A stretch of DNA of 64,000 nt, from positions 601,984 through 665,983 of the forward strand of contig CAZXMM010000001.1 of the NCBI GenBank assembly GCA_964641255.1. The letters are read 5' to 3'. This document shows, in pieces, positions 46,575-54,581 of the stretch (position 1 is its first letter; the number at the start of each line of letters is the position of its first letter). The notes beneath the pieces are model-generated. The model had not been told where the DNA came from, did no database searches, and saw only the letters and a program-made list of their open reading frames with translations. Both the position numbers and the translations under genes were made by a program. The DNA is from an uncultured Gammaproteobacteria bacterium. GTDB taxonomy: Bacteria; Patescibacteriota; Microgenomatia; JAMCZE01.

Positions 46575-47195
46575 TTAGTTAAGCAGAAATATTCTTGGAT
46601 TTACTGGAATTCCAAATACTCTTACTTCAAAATGCAAATGTGGTCCTGTGGCCCAACCTGTTTGACCTTCTAGGCCAATTACATCATTAGTAGTTACTTG
46701 TTGACCTGTAAACACATAAACCTTGTCTAAGTGACCATAAACTGACGTAATATTGTCTCCGTGGTCAATAATTATATGTTTACCGTAACCAATTGCTGTT
46801 TCTCCTGCGTAAATGACTTTGCCATTCATAAATGGGACTATCGGGTCGCCAATTTTGCCGCTGGGATTAGCAATATCAATTCCTGTATGAAGAAGTTGAT
46901 ATGGTAGATCGGATTCTCCAAACCCAAGAGTAATAACTCCTTTAACTGGCCAGACTATTTGGGCATGAATTTCTTTAACTACTGAATTGTCAGCTGGATT
47001 ACGAATTTGGATAGATTGAGTTTGAACATTAACCGTAGCTAACTTATCAGAAACAATATTAATTCCTGTGTTTGTCAAAATTATGACTGCCACAATTGGC
47101 ATGGCCAGAACAATGAGGAAAGCAGTAGCTACGTAGATAAGTTCTTTTCTAAATGACCAAGCGGCCAAAATTGTGCTTGGAGTCAAGATGGCCAT
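46575..47195 (-). CDS. M23 peptidase (conjugation-associated)
   Basis: HTGID, YGHL and TGPHLHFEV motifs; coupled to VirB4 gene. Confidence 0.9.
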   Translation of the reverse strand: MAILTPSTILAAWSFRKELIYVATAFLIVLAMPIVAVIILTNTGINIVSDKLATVNVQTQSIQIRNPADNSVVKEIHAQIVWPVKGVITLGFGESDLPYQLLHTGIDIANPSGKIGDPIVPFMNGKVIYAGETAIGYGKHIIIDHGDNITSVYGHLDKVYVFTGQQVTTNDVIGLEGQTGWATGPHLHFEVRVFGIPVNPRIFLLN

Positions 47196-49003
47196 TAAAG
47201 ATAAATCTCCTTTGGATCAGTCGTTAGAAGTGGGTGTTCTTTTTCTGAAGCCACAACTTTAAGGGCAACATGGTTTTGGTCAGCAATAATGAGAGCTTCT
47301 CCTCGGTCACATGTTAGGAGGAAATGTTCCTCATATTCACTTAAATGAAATTCCTGAGCTACTTTTTGAATGGTGGTAGTGTCTTGCTTCATCAGCACTC
47401 TAAGTGCTGATTGCGAAGCAATGGCCCGACCATATTCTTGATTTAAGAAATCATTGGCTTGTTGGGAAATGATAGTTACTCCCAAATAATATTTTCTCGC
47501 TCGTCTAACAAGTCCAGAAATGAATCTAGCACTTTCCTCATATTGGAGAAGCAACCAACCCTCATCAATAACGAGAATGCGTTTTTGAGGGTTCGTCTTC
47601 ACTTCCGAGTTCACAAAGTTAGCAATTGTTAGCATCATGATTTGTCTCAAAGACTCACCAAGATCCTTAATGTCAAAAACTACTAAGCGATTGGTTAAAT
47701 CGATGTTTGTTTGGGAATCAAATACTGAGGAGAGTGATCCTTCCACAAAACGTTCTAATCGGTTGCACAGATCAGTTTGTTTCACTGTTTTGAGGGTTTT
47801 ATAAAAATCCTTCAAAATCGGGAAGTTTTTATTCTTTGCTTTTGTACTTTTTCCATTCATTGAAAAGCCAAACTGTTTGTAAGTTTGAATCAGCGCCTTA
47901 TCTACCATCGCTCGCTCTTCAGTTGATAGTGAGCCCGCCATCAGTGAAATTATCTCTGTTAAATCTTGAATATGTTCTGAAAGACTGTTTTCTCCGTGAT
48001 AACTCGTGTTGGAAAAGTCAAAAGGGTTAATTTTCTCCTTGGAGTTGGCAGACAGTTTGATGTAACTGCCATTGACTGATTTTGCTAACTGTTCATACTC
48101 TCGTTCTGGATCGATGACAATCACTCTTGTTCCCTGCATTAGCTGCCTGAGTATTTCAACTTTAGCAGTGTAGCTCTTGCCTGAACCTGACTGAGCGAAA
48201 ATTATGCTGTTGGCATTGTTTAAACTGAATCTGTCGATGATAACGAGTGAATTGTTTGATTTGTTGATGCCATACAAAATGCCCGATTCTTGAACCAGTT
48301 CTGAAGATACAAAAGGGAAGGTTAATGCGGCTGAAGAACTATCCAAGTTGCGCTTTTGATTGAGAAGATTCTCGCCTCGAGGCAGAATTGATTGCAACCC
48401 TTCAATTTGTTGAAAATTAGCAGTTTTAATATAGAAAAGTCTGGTTGACATGACTGTTTCTAGTATTGTGGTTAATTTGTTTAGGTCACTTAAGCTATCT
48501 GCAATAAGCGTAATGTAGATTGAAAGTTGAAACAGTTTTTCTTGACCACGTTGAATCTTGTCTTTCAACTCAATTGCTGATTCAAGAGGATCAGTAATTT
48601 CCGATCCAATCACTTTACCGTCTTTAAGCATTGTTCTTTTAGTTGATTCCAGTTCTGTAATCTTTCTGGTTAATTTAGGCAAGGCCAGTTGTGGGTCAAC
48701 TTGCTCAATGTGATAGGAAATATCAACATTGTGATTAAAGTTGATCAGCATATTCAACCAACCAGTTGAAGCAACGTAAGGATAGCCAGAAATAAACAAG
48801 GTACGAACAAATTTATCTCCGACTTGGAGGTATGAGGCTTCTTCCATCATCCCGGAATAAGACAGTAGATCGACTTGATCTTGTTCCCCATGATGAAACT
48901 CCATGGAACGTTTAAATGTCTCTTTTTGAGCTTTTCTTTGTAGCCTCAGCTGGTTAATTTTATTGTCTTTGAATTTATCGATTAGATTAAGCATGGTTGT
49001 CAT
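47195..49003 (-). CDS. VirB4/TrsE-like conjugative ATPase
   Basis: AQSGSGKS Walker A, VIDPEREY, IDEGW and RRARKY motifs. Confidence 0.92.
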   Translation of the reverse strand: MTTMLNLIDKFKDNKINQLRLQRKAQKETFKRSMEFHHGEQDQVDLLSYSGMMEEASYLQVGDKFVRTLFISGYPYVASTGWLNMLINFNHNVDISYHIEQVDPQLALPKLTRKITELESTKRTMLKDGKVIGSEITDPLESAIELKDKIQRGQEKLFQLSIYITLIADSLSDLNKLTTILETVMSTRLFYIKTANFQQIEGLQSILPRGENLLNQKRNLDSSSAALTFPFVSSELVQESGILYGINKSNNSLVIIDRFSLNNANSIIFAQSGSGKSYTAKVEILRQLMQGTRVIVIDPEREYEQLAKSVNGSYIKLSANSKEKINPFDFSNTSYHGENSLSEHIQDLTEIISLMAGSLSTEERAMVDKALIQTYKQFGFSMNGKSTKAKNKNFPILKDFYKTLKTVKQTDLCNRLERFVEGSLSSVFDSQTNIDLTNRLVVFDIKDLGESLRQIMMLTIANFVNSEVKTNPQKRILVIDEGWLLLQYEESARFISGLVRRARKYYLGVTIISQQANDFLNQEYGRAIASQSALRVLMKQDTTTIQKVAQEFHLSEYEEHFLLTCDRGEALIIADQNHVALKVVASEKEHPLLTTDPKEIYL

Positions 49004-49607
49004 TTAGTAATGTTTGAATAGTTTGGCCTTTTAATTGCTGAGTTTTCGTTTGGTCCTTGTTATAAAAGGAATAAAATAAATCCAATAGCTCTAAACTGTC
49101 GAGTTGTCTGGCTTTCATTCCTAACTTTTCAATACCTTTCGTAACCAGATCGGCATTCAACTTAATTTGTTCTTTAATAACTTGGAAATCCTTAATCTTG
49201 GTTGTGTTGTGATAGGGAATTACAATGTAAAACCTCCGAGAAAGGATTTTGTTGCCGGAAACTACGCTTTTAATGAAGTCAGAGTAATTGGCAATTTGTT
49301 CTTTATACTGAGCTTCTTTTTCTTCCGTTTTTGATTTTGCAATTCCCTCCAAGTAGCTGTCGATGTCAACTTCTCTAACTCGAACAAGAATTTGAATTTG
49401 ACTAGGAAGTGAATTAAGGAAGTTTTGAAAACTATCAATTAGAACATCTTGTTCCTGCTCACTTTTGAGTTCAAAGTTAATTGAGGAAGTCTCAATGGCC
49501 ATGCGGTATTGTTCGCTGGGAAGAATAAGAATACCGTCTTTAACTTCTTTGATATTAATTTGTCTTCGGGAGCTAACTTTGTTGCTAGACTTGTTCAAAA
49601 GCCACAT
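48987..49607 (-). CDS. Conjugation protein (VirB4 N-terminal/TraC-like)
   Basis: SSINFELKSEQEQ..FLNSL motif; between PrgI and VirB4. Confidence 0.75.
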   Translation of the reverse strand: MWLLNKSSNKVSSRRQINIKEVKDGILILPSEQYRMAIETSSINFELKSEQEQDVLIDSFQNFLNSLPSQIQILVRVREVDIDSYLEGIAKSKTEEKEAQYKEQIANYSDFIKSVVSGNKILSRRFYIVIPYHNTTKIKDFQVIKEQIKLNADLVTKGIEKLGMKARQLDSLELLDLFYSFYNKDQTKTQQLKGQTIQTLLNDNHA

Positions 49608-50094
49608 GGAGTCCTCCTTTCTTGTTTGTCTTAAAACTAAAGCTCAAATTTTTGTTTAAGACCAATTTATCCAGTTCCACTAAATCCTTGATGCCAATAT
49701 TCTTTGTTGGATTGATTACTGGTTGGAGATGTGCTTTTCTAGCAAGGTTTTTTGCCTTCATTGGAACTTCTGGTAAATAGAGAGTGCGTAAACAGTTATC
49801 GTTTTTGTTAAAGACGTAATATTTTGGCCTTAGGTTGTAGTTAGACAAAACAAGCAACCAATCAAGAATAATTTTTCCTTTGATGCGCATGGCCAAAATA
49901 GTAAAAGTGCTAATTGCAAGCAAACTAGCTGCTATCTTGATTGGGTTGAGTTTGTAAGTGGGAGGTAAAACTACATAAAGAATAGTGGCACTAAATATTG
50001 CACCTAAGAAGAGAAGGATTTGCGTCAGATTTAGGTTTCCGGCAATCTTATCCTCCACTGTAGTAATTTGTGCTGGCACAACTGTTGTTCTCAT
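49585..50094 (-). CDS. PrgI-family protein
   Basis: VP....VEDKI.GNL.L.Q plus two TM. Confidence 0.8.
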   Translation of the reverse strand: MRTTVVPAQITTVEDKIAGNLNLTQILLFLGAIFSATILYVVLPPTYKLNPIKIAASLLAISTFTILAMRIKGKIILDWLLVLSNYNLRPKYYVFNKNDNCLRTLYLPEVPMKAKNLARKAHLQPVINPTKNIGIKDLVELDKLVLNKNLSFSFKTNKKGGLHVAFEQV

Positions 50095-51386
50095 ATTGCA
50101 ACCGCCTTTCTGGGTACTTTGATTACTGCTTCTTTAGCCGCTACTGCTGTAGCTGAACTCGATCTTTCAGTGGTCATTACATTGACAATTTGACTCCCCA
50201 TTTTTTTGAAAGTGCCATTTCTCGAAGTGTAGAAGACCATTTGCATCATCGTGCCAGGAACTTTAAGAAGGGTGAGAAAAAGTCCAATTGCAATCGCGAT
50301 TGCTAACAGTGAATTATTAGAGTTGCCAGGAATAGTTAAGAATGCAGCCGCTAGTTGAATAACTACTACATGGATAAACACAGTAAAGACAGTAGCGACG
50401 TAAGATTTAATCGCAATTTCAGCAAAGTCAGAGAATTTTGGTAAGGTCCATAGCAGAAAGATAAATGGTGACAAAACTGCACCTAAAGAAATAGTAATTA
50501 GTCGAGCAATGTACATAAGGAGGAGAACCACTGCCAAAATGAGGAATAGCACGAGGAAAATAAGTGTAATAAGTGGAGTAGTGCCAGTGGCAAAGCTCAC
50601 GGGATTAATTGCATCCATAATCCAGGCATGGCTCAGTCCTCCAGTGGAATCAAGAATAGTTTTGACTAAAGTGTTAGCTGTGGTAATCACATAGTCAGCC
50701 AGGAATAAAGAAATATTAGCTCCCAGAAATGCGGTCCCAATTCTTGGCAGCAGTTGTTTTAATTCCACTTCTTCAAACCCAAGAGTGCTGGCACTCATGA
50801 AATGAAGACCAAGCAGCGCCACCACCAAAACAAATAGTGTATCCACGATTCCCAAACTAACTAACCAAAAGTTCGTAATCACTGAATTACCCAAAAGATT
50901 GGGAGTTGTGGTTAAAAAGCCAATGATGCCGTCAACTATTGGTTTAGTGGAACTTTCCACGATGTTTTGAATGAAAGCAGATACTGCGTCAATTAAGACT
51001 TGTGATAAACCATCACTTGGCTTAATGGTCGTAATTGGTGCAATAGTTACAGCAGCAGAATTTGCAGTAGTTGAGGAAGCAGGCAGCGCACCTTTAAAGA
51101 TGGAAATGATCAGTCCCGCAGACAGAACCACAACGAGACCCATTAAACTGTTTCTAATTGTTTTCTTGGCCTCATCTAGTGCTTGTGGTTGACCCGCTGA
51201 GGTGAAATAGAGATAACCACCTTTAATTAAGAAAAGCGTTGCTGCCGCCGTTGCAATGATGGTAATGAGATTTAAAGTATCAGTGGTATAAGTTGCCAAA
51301 TCCGTTCCCGCAGCAAATGCGGGCAAAGGAAATATGAAGAAAGCTAGGATTACTCCTAAAATGGTTACAACTTTTCTCATAGGCAC
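50091..51386 (-). CDS. VirB6/TrbL-like membrane protein with N-terminal pilin-like domain
   Basis: GG..Y.TSAG.P.....AK pilin motif followed by a multi-TM region. Confidence 0.7.
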   Translation of the reverse strand: MPMRKVVTILGVILAFFIFPLPAFAAGTDLATYTTDTLNLITIIATAAATLFLIKGGYLYFTSAGQPQALDEAKKTIRNSLMGLVVVLSAGLIISIFKGALPASSTTANSAAVTIAPITTIKPSDGLSQVLIDAVSAFIQNIVESSTKPIVDGIIGFLTTTPNLLGNSVITNFWLVSLGIVDTLFVLVVALLGLHFMSASTLGFEEVELKQLLPRIGTAFLGANISLFLADYVITTANTLVKTILDSTGGLSHAWIMDAINPVSFATGTTPLITLIFLVLFLILAVVLLLMYIARLITISLGAVLSPFIFLLWTLPKFSDFAEIAIKSYVATVFTVFIHVVVIQLAAAFLTIPGNSNNSLLAIAIAIGLFLTLLKVPGTMMQMVFYTSRNGTFKKMGSQIVNVMTTERSSSATAVAAKEAVIKVPRKAVAI

Positions 51387-51388
51387 TT

Positions 51389-51736
51389 TTAATTACCTGT
51401 TCCTGATCCAAAAGCACCAGTCGCCAGTTGTGTGACCATGTTAGACAGCACAAATGCTCCCAGAACGACCACTAAGCCAATGGCTGAATAGACAATGGTC
51501 TTTTTGGATTTATCCAGTGCTTCAGGATTGCCGGAACTTGTGATGTAACCAAATCCACCAACGACAAAGAACCCAGAAGCAACAAGACCAGCGAGAGTTA
51601 CCAGAATAGTAATGATGCTTTGGATAAATGTTTGAATTTTTGATACATCAGCGGAAGCGGCAAAAACTGGAGTGGTAATTGTAAGTGCTGTTAAAGCAAG
51701 AGCTTGTAAAAAAACAATTTTCTTCATATCTTCCAC
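51389..51736 (-). CDS. TrbC/VirB2-like pilin
   Basis: GGFGYITSSGNPEALDKSKK.I..SAIGL. Confidence 0.85.
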   Translation of the reverse strand: MEDMKKIVFLQALALTALTITTPVFAASADVSKIQTFIQSIITILVTLAGLVASGFFVVGGFGYITSSGNPEALDKSKKTIVYSAIGLVVVLGAFVLSNMVTQLATGAFGSGTGN

Positions 51737-51964
51737 CCCCTTTCGGAAGTTCTTTTTATGATGGGCAGAAGAAAAAAGAAACTTACTGTGTAAAACTATT
51801 TCAAATTATATCAACGAGTTGAAGAAAGTCAATTGGGACAATCTAAAATATGCTTTTTGAAGCAACTTATTACACAAGGAGATTTAATTTTTCTCCGAAA
51901 AATTCGCTTTTTTCAAAAACATTAACTCAAATTTAGTTTCTCTTGTCTTTTGTGTCATCTATGT

Positions 51965-53182
51965 TCATAGCTCTATTTCAAACCGTGGGGCAAAAGAATA
52001 ATTTGTTGGAGATACTGAACGAATTTTGTCATAAATAAACATTTTTATCCCAATTCTTCCTGATTTCCCGCCGCTTGTGTCCCAACCCCAAAAATATTCC
52101 ATTGGTCTTCCATCAGCTTTTCTCACCCTGTACTCAAAGGCATAAGGCTCTACTAATCGCTCGGCTCCGTCATACTCCATACTGACCATCTTTTGCGACC
52201 TGCCAGCAGAGATTATTGTATTGCGCTCAGCAGAGGGAAAATAACTGGCCGAAGGTGTTGCTCTAAAATACGAACTGGATCTACCGTAACCACCCATGTT
52301 CGGCGTCGAATATGCAAAAGCTGGTGCCGGTGTTGGCGGGGGAAGAAGTGAAAACAAAACATTAACCATATCCTGAAATCCAGAAACTGCTCTATCAAAA
52401 TCAAAGACACTGAAAATTGGAGCGATAATTTGTTGCCAAAACGGCCGATATTCCTCTGTCGGGACATTTAAAAGTAAATTCTTTGCAACATCTGGAGAAG
52501 ATTCATAAATGGTTTTCTTCAAGAAAGTGGTAATAACTTCCTGTCTACTTACACTGTAGTCGTTGTTCACCATAATGGAGAACACTAAATCAAATAAATC
52601 AGTTACTTTTCCTCTTTGGATTGAGGAATTTAACTTTGACGCAAGAATTTCTTCTAATTTCTGGCATTTTAAATTTGCGACACAGGATTCTGCATCCGAA
52701 TAGGGATGTATCAAAGATTTATCTTGAACAGGAAGGAGTATTTGATCAAAAGTTGTGACATCTAGCTGAACTTTTAATACAATTTCTTCTTCACCGTAAA
52801 AACTTTTAAAATAAATTCGTGCTTCATACACCTGCTTATTTTCTTTGTCAAAACCACGTTTTTCATCTACTTGAGTCTTATCCACTTCAAAATTCACACC
52901 AGTTCGATCATGAGCATATTGGCAGACTTCATTGATGGCAGCGCCGATCGTGGTGGGATCAACTTCATTGACAACGGAGAAGTCAAGATCTTTAGAGAAA
53001 CGGGTATTTTTAAGATAGGCCTTCCGCAGTGCATTCCCTCCTTTAAGGATGAATTTTTCTCCCAACTGAGATTCGTTGTAAATTCCAGCAAGTAACCACC
53101 CAAAAACATAATCCCTTTGCACATTCGCGGGATTAATTTGGAATTCCTTTGCTTTCTCTTCTATTTCACCATCCTGGATCAT
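51965..53182 (-). CDS. AbiEii nucleotidyltransferase with C-terminal WYL-like domain
   Basis: ILKGGNAL, RFSKDLDF, EILASK, DLFD; C-terminal Y...RLVEPY; likely start MIQDG. Confidence 0.8.
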   Translation of the reverse strand: MIQDGEIEEKAKEFQINPANVQRDYVFGWLLAGIYNESQLGEKFILKGGNALRKAYLKNTRFSKDLDFSVVNEVDPTTIGAAINEVCQYAHDRTGVNFEVDKTQVDEKRGFDKENKQVYEARIYFKSFYGEEEIVLKVQLDVTTFDQILLPVQDKSLIHPYSDAESCVANLKCQKLEEILASKLNSSIQRGKVTDLFDLVFSIMVNNDYSVSRQEVITTFLKKTIYESSPDVAKNLLLNVPTEEYRPFWQQIIAPIFSVFDFDRAVSGFQDMVNVLFSLLPPPTPAPAFAYSTPNMGGYGRSSSYFRATPSASYFPSAERNTIISAGRSQKMVSMEYDGAERLVEPYAFEYRVRKADGRPMEYFWGWDTSGGKSGRIGIKMFIYDKIRSVSPTNYSFAPRFEIEL

Positions 53183-53210
53183 AAAAAAGACTTTAGGGGC
53201 TGCGCTCCTC

Positions 53211-53338
53211 TTTTGCAAGGGTTTCCGTTTCACTTCAATGAACTACGCATAGCTTCGCCCTTGCAAAATTCACCTTGCTTTCTTAATAGCTCCTATCGGA
53301 AGCATGCGCATGCTTCCGATCTTTAATTTTTCGGGAGC
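53211..53338. promoter_or_regulatory. Stem-loop cluster upstream of DUF2958 gene
   Basis: TTTTGCAAGGG(53211)/CCCTTGCAAAA(53258) and perfect 26-bp palindrome 53295-53320. Confidence 0.6.
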
Positions 53339-53359
53339 ACGAAAGGAGGTGAACAATTT

Positions 53360-53659
53360 ATGCAATTACTACCTAAATATGTTGTTTCTACAATTCCTAA
53401 GCTCTATGAAGTAGAAAATGAAGCTGATCCACTAGTCAGATGCAAGTTTTTCTTGCCAGATTCAAGTTGGACTTGGTATGTTTTGGAATTTGATGGTGAA
53501 GATAATTTTTTTGGCTATGTGGTGGGAGCGGAGCCAAAATTAGGCTATTTTTCTTTCAAAGAGTTGAAAAATGCTAGGGGAGCACTAGGTTTGCCAATTA
53601 AAAGAGACTTTCACTTCAAACCAAAACGTTTGCCTGAAGTGAGAAAACTTCACGAATAA
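53360..53659 (+). CDS. DUF2958-family protein
   Basis: KFF.P...WTWY..E...FFG.V....LGYFS..EL motif. Confidence 0.85.
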   Translation: MQLLPKYVVSTIPKLYEVENEADPLVRCKFFLPDSSWTWYVLEFDGEDNFFGYVVGAEPKLGYFSFKELKNARGALGLPIKRDFHFKPKRLPEVRKLHE

Positions 53660-53664
53660 ATTAA

Positions 53665-53689
53665 TTTGCCGCCACTGCCCGGCGGCAAA
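53665..53689. terminator. Hairpin between convergent genes
   Basis: TTTGCCGCC-ACTGCCC-GGCGGCAAA. Confidence 0.7.
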
Positions 53690-53691
53690 CT

Positions 53692-54456
53692 CTACTTTAC
53701 TGGTTCCCAAATTATTAGGTCTAATTTGTCAGTTTCCAAAATTTCCTTTGTGGAAAGAAAAAGCTTAACTTCATTGTTAAAAGATTTTTGAAGCAAAGAC
53801 TTACTATACATAAAAATGTGCTTTTTAAGTCGTTCATTGGGACAAACGAACAAGATTGAAGGAAATGGGCTATTATCTGTACTTTCTTGCCATTGTCCAT
53901 CCTGAAAATATTTCAAATAATATTTGATTCTATTTCTCAACACAAATGGTGGGATATTATAATCAAACAAATCCAAGAAATATCTCTTTGTTTGTTTTTC
54001 ATTTTTAACAGAAATATATGCATCGGGAAGAGGATCAGGAAAATATTTATAACCTTTCAGATTTTGTTTAGTAAAAAATTTAAGAACCGACCCCTTTTCC
54101 TCCTTAGATAAAAGGAGCAAATAGACCGTAGCTATAAAAAGATGATGGTTAATAAATGGTTTTTCTTTGGTTTTTTCCTTATACAACCTACTTAGAAACG
54201 TTTTTTCAAATTTATCATGATCTTTTAAGAGCTGCCCCGATTTAGTATCTAAGCAATAAATGAATGGTTGTGTTCGATCTTTGTCTTTAATTACTGCAAT
54301 ATATTTTTTATATTCTAGATCTTGTAGCCAGGTATTAATTCGATATTGAGCTTTGTGGTTGAGTAGCTTTTGGAGATGATTAGTTGTTAAGTAGCGGAAT
54401 TTATATAGTAAATGTATTATTTTTTCTTGGCCTTTGGTTGTAGGTGGAGTAGTCAT
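53692..54456 (-). CDS. Replication-relaxation (Replic_Relax)-like protein
   Basis: N-terminal wHTH (LYKFRYLT), HHL, PDAY and FP.ILFVC motifs; next to the coupling protein. Confidence 0.75.
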   Translation of the reverse strand: MTTPPTTKGQEKIIHLLYKFRYLTTNHLQKLLNHKAQYRINTWLQDLEYKKYIAVIKDKDRTQPFIYCLDTKSGQLLKDHDKFEKTFLSRLYKEKTKEKPFINHHLFIATVYLLLLSKEEKGSVLKFFTKQNLKGYKYFPDPLPDAYISVKNEKQTKRYFLDLFDYNIPPFVLRNRIKYYLKYFQDGQWQESTDNSPFPSILFVCPNERLKKHIFMYSKSLLQKSFNNEVKLFLSTKEILETDKLDLIIWEPVK

Positions 54457-54581
54457 GGTTAGGTTAGTCTTTAGGATTATAAATAAAGCCTCTTATATTT
54501 ATATAAGATATAAAAAGGATGTAAACAAAAGTAAATTAGGTTCAAAATTACTCAAAATCAGTGTTAACGCGCTAACACAAT

